The notes below the pieces were generated by a model. That model searched no databases, was not told the DNA's origin, and saw only the letters and a list, made by a program, of their open reading frames with translations. From the human T2T-CHM13v2.0 reference genome, Homo sapiens, in assembly GCF_009914755.1 (NCBI RefSeq), contig NC_060941.1: DNA of 64,000 bases. One strand, 5' to 3'. The translations under genes were made by a program, and so were the position numbers. Shown piece after piece: positions 57,225-64,000 of the stretch (position 1 is its first letter; each line of letters opens with the position of its first letter).

Positions 57225-58499
57225 TTGGAGGAATAAGAAATATTTAATAAAATCTACACAATTTCAAAAATATGACCAAATACTGGTGGTTCCTCATTTA
57301 CCAGTAGAACTCTCTCTACAAATGGAAAGTGAGAAGTCTATGAAGTTACCTTAGTTTTTCCAATTAAGACTGTTCATTGATTGTATTTCTTCTGTCTCTA
57401 TAAGTACCATATTCCCAATTAGTATTTCATCAGTTATAAGACCCATCATTATTTTGTGTGTAACTGAAAATGAAAAAAAGATTTAAAATATGACTTAGTA
57501 GTTAGAATTTTTATCTTATACGCCTTTAAGTAAATACAAGAGAACTGTTTCAGCATAGATTTTTAAAAATCATGTGTGTAAAAGAGAATGAAATATTAAT
57601 TATGATATTTACAAAGCTCTGTACATTCAGAATTGAACTCTTTCTGCATCTCTTTTTTGAATCAGAGTTGTCATAAACCACAATTTTTCACGGTAACACC
57701 CTCTCTGCCATCAGGATAAATAACATTTCTTAAAGGAATATTCTACTGCAGTCTCTGAGATTTTTTTCCCTGTCTTAGACATCCATTCTACAACTCTGAT
57801 GCTGGCACATTTTTTATCTTGGCAAAAGGACTTAATAGAAAAATTTTAGATAACAATCAGGATTCATACTCTTCTCAATAGTCCTTAAATGGTTTATTGA
57901 CCAAAAAGTAAAGAAGTAACAGTCCAGTCATATCATGGAAAGAACAACCAAATTCATGCATGCACAGGCAAAGACAACCATATCACTATGACCACCTGGC
58001 TGACAGTAACTGCAGGACATCAATTATTGTAAGACACTTCCTGTAATATGTTTAATTCCTCTGACATAAGGATTTATGTGAATTAGGAAGTGGCCCAAGG
58101 GTGAAAAGTAATAGGGAAATAGAGAAATAGAACCGATCCAAAGGAAAGGGGGAAAAAAACCCACAAAAAGTGTGATGTCAAGCAAAGCCTATTCTGGAGA
58201 TGACTTTGGTTCACTCCCACGGGAGAGCCCTAGAGACAAAAAGGTTCTACAGTAGGTTCAAGTCAGAGGCCAGAGAACCCAGAGTATTTATACCTCTGCA
58301 CCATCAGTTATTGAATGGGGGTGGGGGTGGGGGTGGGTGTAAATTTCCAGGTGCTTCCAGCCTGCAATGCAGTCAAAGCATGTTCCTGTAGCCTGAGGAC
58401 AGCCGTCCAACAAAGAGGTGCAGGTGCTGAATGTTGAGAGTGAAAGCACAGGGAGCTGTCATGCATGAGAGTGGTAGAGGGATCTGAAAGTGCTAGCAG

Positions 58500-58574
58500 T
58501 GCCTATTATACATCCAAATACTAAAGACGCTTAGATGTGAAAAATGTGTGTCTTAGAATCGATAAAATATGGTA
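58500..58574. mobile_element. MER104-like (TcMar-Tc2) terminal fragment
   Basis: atgtgaaaaatgtgtgtcttagaatcgataaaatatgg|ta resembles the Tc2-type TIR, with a TA target site. Confidence 0.6.
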
Positions 58575-59029
58575 TAGAGAATCAAGTCTCCTTGTTCCTG
58601 GTTTATCTCATAGCATACTTAAAATTCAGCTAAAGATGAAATGCCTTAACAAGTGAAATGGGCTTTCTGAAAAATTATTTCAATCAAAATTGTGTTAAAA
58701 GCTATTTCTAAAAACCCTAACATGAAATACTTAGAAGAGATCAAGTGGTTTGTCCCTGGACATTCAAGCAATTGAATGTCTAAACAATCCAAGACAGATA
58801 ATTTTGTAGTATTTACTGTGTGAAGTGAACCTTTAAGGCTGTGGACAATGCAAACTCCCTCATGTACCTTGCTCCTTGCCAATTTCAAACAAACCTTCTC
58901 ACCTATGATATAAGGCTTCCTTAGAATTATTGATTAATTATTTAAGATACAATAAAACCAAAGTATTTTTAAAACACAGTAATTATGTTAGTGCAGGTAC
59001 ATGACATAGATATCCTCAAATATTCTTAG

Positions 59030-59480
59030 GACATCTATAAATCACCACAAACATTCTGGAAAGCAGTCTTGGAACATCTATCAAAGGCCTTAAAAATTTC
59101 TTCTTCTGTGAATTTATCCTCACAAATGACCCCAAGTTTAGACCAAAATAAAAAAATGCTTAAAAGGCTTATTAAAGCATGATTTAAAATAGAAATGATT
59201 GCCTAAATTCCTGAAAACAGGGGAATGTCTAAATAAAATATGGTATCTAACATGATAGAAAATGTTTACTAATGTTTAATGATACCAAGAAAGTATCACA
59301 ATAATAACATCAAGTGGTAATAACAGGAAACAGATCTGTATACAATATAAAACCAACAGTATTGTATATATAAACACCATAGAAGATCTGAAAAAAAATT
59401 AGATGACATTATTTGTGATATCTATTTTATTTATTATATTTTTCTGCATACTACTCTACAGTGAGCATGTCCTTTATAAG
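59030..59480 (+). mobile_element. L1ME 3' fragment
   Basis: ttctggaaagcagtcttgg..catctatcaaaggcct; gggaatgtctaaataaaatatggtat; ctacagtgagcatgt. Confidence 0.6.
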
Positions 59481-60604
59481 AAAAAATGCTAATGATTTAT
59501 TGTGTATGAAAAAAGTGTATCTGATTTGATTATATATTTTTATTTCCACTTATATTTTCTAGGATTATTTTGCTTTAGAATTCTATGTATAATCCTGTGA
59601 AAATTTGTAGTGTTGTAGGGACTGGAAAGATCAGAGATTATGTTATGGCCATGAATGAGGCCTGACCTGCATTGTCAATAACTAAATTGATTATTGTGGA
59701 AACAACAAAAAAATTCATTTTTTGAAATGAAAATCTTTATTGAAATAACTATTTTACCATTGTGTGGTCAGATTCACTGCATTTGATGCTTTTTCAGGAT
59801 TTGTTTTTCCTGCTAGAAATGCTAGAGTTGTCACAGATGTGATATTTATGTTTTCATTGTCTGGGGAGGGCCAAGTTTCATGACAGAGAAAGACTGGGGC
59901 CAATTCTGTGATTATGGATGTCAACTTATCTCAGAGCAGTATCATTGGTTGAGCAGTCCTGCAGGACATCTAAGTTTACCGTCTTTATCTTGCCATTGTC
60001 AAAGATCCTGGACCTATTTTTTTCTGCCTTGAAAACTTTTGTGCAGTAAAACCAGCAATGGATTTTAGCAGAGTTGATGCATCATTAGGATTTTCACATT
60101 AACTCTTTGGACTTAGAGCCATGTCTAAAGTGTCCTTCTTTTGGATATAGTGCCTGGTGCAGAACTCTACCACAAAACATCAGGTGTGCCTCTGAATAGT
60201 CTTTGCAAGAAGCACAAAATCCTAGAATTGAGGTGAATTTGTAAGTTCCTCTAGTCCAACCACCTTTCAAATGAAAGAATCCTTCCAAAGCACCCCTGGC
60301 CAATAGCTCATCAAGATTTTGCTTAGATATTCTTATTGAGGGGGAACTTACTAACTCCTTTAATTCTTATTTTGCTTAAGGCTGAGTTTTTAAAACATCT
60401 AACATCAGCCAAGATTATTGATTTATCTATAAGGAATAATCTGTGAATTAACCTTCTGTAGCTTTTCCTTGCTGACCAGGGAATACCTCCCCATTGAAGC
60501 CTAGGCCAGATTCCAGTCCGTTTTGACCATACCCCATCATGGTATTTTAGAGTACACCTGAATAAGATACATGGTGCCATGTACATGGAAACTGACTGCT
60601 CTCA

Positions 60605-60878
60605 TGTTACGGGTTGAACTGTGTCCCCCCAAAATTTGTATGTTGAAGTCCTAAAATTGGCACTGTTGCCATAAGCCAGGGAACTACCTAGGAGATGCTA
60701 GGAGAGAGGCCTAGAATGGAACCCTCCCTCCCCCGCCCCTGGGGCCTTCAGAGGGAGCGGTGCCCAGCTGACACCTTGACCTTGGACTTCTAGCCTCCAA
60801 ACTGTGAGACAATACATTTCTGTTGCTTAAGCCACTCAGTTAGTGTGCTTTATTTTGGCAGTCTTAGCAAACTAATAC
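60605..60878 (+). mobile_element. MLT1B/C LTR with internal deletion
   Basis: tgttacgggttgaactgtgtccccccaaaa..gttgaagtcctaa runs directly into the 3' half, which ends gcaaactaataca. Confidence 0.82.
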
Positions 60879-61174
60879 ATCCCCCAATCCAGAACTGTCC
60901 TCCTTTGGATAATAAAAACAGCAATAATTATAGTGTCATTACCCTGAGTGACTGGTCCCACTGTTGGTCATTCTTTGTAGATGTGAGTTATTGCCCTATT
61001 GAGATCAGAAGTCCTCTCACTTAGAGGCATATCTAAGACTTTTTTCTTGTGGAGGGAGCTCACTCAACTGTAGGTAAGGTTTGACTCATCTGGGTTAGTA
61101 GTAAGAACAAACTTCCAAGTGGCACCATCTTAAAGGTGCAAGCCCATGTGGGCGATGACCAGGTCTGGTATATT

Positions 61175-61340
61175 AAGAGGCTCTTGGTAGCACATTAGAA
61201 ACACCTGGAGAGATTTTAAAATTTACAAAGCCTAGCCAAACCCCAGACCCATTAACCCTGACTCTCTGAGAATAGGACCCTGGCACCTGTGTTTTAAGGA
61301 TTCTAGGTGATTTCAATGTGTAGCCAAGGTTCACTGCCAT
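61175..61340. mobile_element. MER5A
   Basis: gcacattagaaacacctggagag...ccccagacccattaa...aggtgatttcaatgtgtagccaaggtt. Confidence 0.75.
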
Positions 61341-62124
61341 AGCCTGTCCTGGAATGCAGGTAACTAAAACTTCAGCAGATTATGAAAAACAAAAGTTACT
61401 TTCTTGGATGCATATATTCTTATAGCCTCAAAACTGAAACTGCAAACTGAACAATGCTGCAGTCAGATACACACACATATTTCAACTGCATAACTTCCTT
61501 TAATAATACTTTTATTTTTCCAAATTTGAAGACTGTCCCTAAGTCATTTCTTCTAAAAGTTAGTAATAATCCCACCAACTCACATTTACATAGAAGTTAC
61601 AGTTTAAAGTTTGCATCTCGTAATAACTTGGTGAGATAGGGCAAGCATTATTTCTAATTTGCATATGAGAAAAAACTAAGGCTCGGATGAGTTATGTGAC
61701 TTCCCTGAGTCATGTTAGAGTAACTAACTCCTGATTTGTAAACTGAAGGTCCCAAATCCTGGGAACTCCCTCAGCTCTGGGCAAGCCAGGACAGGTAGGT
61801 CACCCTGCACCTACACAAGGACTGAGCTGAGTTCTAGTTACCTGCTGTGAAGGACTGTAGAGGTTATCTAAGCCAGCTCCTCCTTTTACTGGAAAAGGAA
61901 AAGACTGAGATAAGTTTCCAAAACCCCTGCTGGAGCACCTTCTACTTCTAGAAAGATGTTGAGGGGCTTCCAGGGCACAAAGGAAAGAGAAGTAACTGTG
62001 TCTCCTTCCCCAACCATGTATGTGATACATTCATTCTCTAGGATTGGAAATTCCCAGAAAGCTGTGTCAGCAATGAGATTTGTTTCATTGTTTTGCCTTG
62101 TTTTGTCATTGAGTTGTTATAGTT

Positions 62125-63580
62125 AAAGTTTATTATTTTTTAATGCAGAAAAAAGTGACTTTTGGGGGAGTGCAGAGTTCTATGAATTTTTAACACATGT
62201 CTAGTTATTTGACCACAACCGTAATCAAGATACAGAACAGTTTTATCATTTCAAGTGCTCTCCTGCTATGCTTTTATAACACACCCTTCCCCACCCCAAC
62301 TCCTGGCAATTACTGCTCTATTCTCCGTAACTGTAGTTTTGCCTTTTCGAGAATATCATATAAATAATCATGTATTATGTAACATTCTGAGACAGGCTTC
62401 TTTCACCCAGCATAATGCCTTTGAGATTCATCCAGATCGTTGTGTGTATCAGTAGTTTGTTTTTATTACTGGGTTATAGTTCATTGTATGGATATACCAC
62501 AGTTTCTTTAGCCATTCACCCACTGAAAGTCATTTGGGTTGTTTCTAGGCTTTGGTGATTATGAATAAAGCTGCTATCAACATCCACGTATTGGTTTTTG
62601 TGTGAACATAAGTATTCATTTCTCTAGATGAAATACCCACAAGTAGGATTTCTTGATTTTGTGATATATATGTTTTCTATTGTTGCCCTTTAAAATTACA
62701 TGAATTTAGTGACTTAAGCATTACAAATTTATTATCTTACAGTTTTGTAGGTCAGAAAGGTCTTAATGGGCTAAATTCAAATTATCAGCAGGGTTGTATT
62801 TCTTTCTGGTGGCCGTCAGAGAGAATCCATTTAGGTTCAGTTCCTTGAGGTCATAGAACTTGCCTTTTGACCCCCTTTATCCACCTGCAAAGCCAGCAAT
62901 GGCCAGTCAAGTCCAGTCCCTTCATGTACATCTCTTTCTAACCCTTCTCTCATCCTCTCTGAACTTTCTTCCATTGTCATATCTCTCTCTCTGACCCAAC
63001 CATGAAAGGTTATCTGCTTCTAAGAATTCTTGCTTAGATTGGGTTCACCATGATAAAATTCAGGATAATTTCACCATTTCAAAGTTCATCTCTTAATCAC
63101 ATCTGCAAAATCCCTTTTGCTTTTCAAGGTAACATCTTCATGTGATCTGGAAATTAGGGTATGAGCATTTGTAGGGGAGAATGTTATTCTGCCTGCTTAT
63201 CTTTTCAAGAAACTTCCAAGCTGTTTTCTAGAATGGCTGTAGCATTTAATATTCCCATCGGCTGTGTATGAGAGTTCCAGTTGCTCCATGCCCTTGTCAA
63301 CACTTGGTACTGTCAGTATTTTTTATTTTAACCTTTCTCATGGGTATGTAGTGGTATTTCATCATGGTTTAAATTTGCATTCTTCTCATGGCTAAAGATG
63401 TTGAACAACATTTCATCTGCTTATTTGTCATCTGTTTATCCTCTTTGATGAAATTTCTGTTCAAATATTTTGCCCATTTTTTTAAACTGGGTTGTTTTCT
63501 TGCTGCTGGGTTTTAAGAGTTCTTTATTCTGGATACAAGTCCTTTGTCAGATATGTGATTTTCAAATATTTTCTTGTCTA
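62125..63580 (-). mobile_element. L1MB/MC 3' portion interrupted by an MLT1 LTR (about 62678-63197, minus strand)
   Basis: cagagttctatgaattt...ttgagattcatcca...aaatacccacaagtaggatt, then the LTR (ttattatcttacagtttt..ggtcagaa...ttattctgcctg), then aacttccaagctgtttt..gaatggctgt..gagagttccagttgctcc. Confidence 0.85.
62564..62569 (+). terminator. Candidate distal poly(A) signal AATAAA inside an antisense L1 fragment
   Basis: AATAAA followed about 22-35 nt later by the GU-rich ttggtttttgtgtg. Confidence 0.45.
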
Positions 63581-63853
63581 AATTCAACTTTTCCATATTT
63601 CACCTATATACCAGTTTACACACATACAACTTCCCTGCACCTCAGGTTCTGTTTAGGTTGGCCTAGACCACAGAGTGATCTGATTTGGGTTTCTAAGCCA
63701 GGGTTTTCAGATCTAAGAATGGCTCTGCCTTCTCCAAGTTATAGTAGATCCCAGATATCTACCTATCACAATTCACTCCATTCCTATATTCCTCTTAGAT
63801 AATGCAACTTTTAATCTATTAAAAAATGTCATTTATAAGATCACAGGATTTTA

Positions 63854-63990
<137 letters not shown>

Positions 63991-64000
63991 AAAACATGGC

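Noticed and set aside
63470-63802. 110-aa ORF
   Set aside because: It begins within an antisense L1 remnant and has no coding signature.

Overview
Human genomic DNA (it carries a human-specific AluYb8). The window covers the 3' end of STXBP4 (syntaxin-binding protein 4/Synip) on the + strand. I recognised the gene from its WW-domain C-terminus, (C)LPYGWEEAYTADGIKYFIN|HVTQTTSWIHPVMSVLNLSRSEENEEDCSRELPNQKS*. Only two coding exons are present: a 58-nt internal exon (30260-30317) and the terminal exon (CDS 48751-48865), separated by an 18.4-kb intron. Bases 1-30259 belong to the preceding long intron. Downstream of the stop lies a long 3' UTR/flank with several candidate poly(A) signals. The rest is typical AT-rich mammalian DNA: 11 near-full-length Alus plus monomers and a fragment, L1, L2, MIR, MaLR/ERVL LTRs, hAT and Tc/Tigger DNA-transposon fossils, and microsatellites. 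Apart from the ORF overlapping the last exon, the ORF track looks like repeat-derived or chance ORFs. I do not see a convincing undescribed biological system. The best leads are (1) splicing routes that would remove or replace the WW domain while escaping NMD, (2) a very young, possibly polymorphic AluYb8, and (3) alternative polyadenylation through a transposon-built 3' UTR. Repeat subfamilies and fragment boundaries were called by eye and are approximate.
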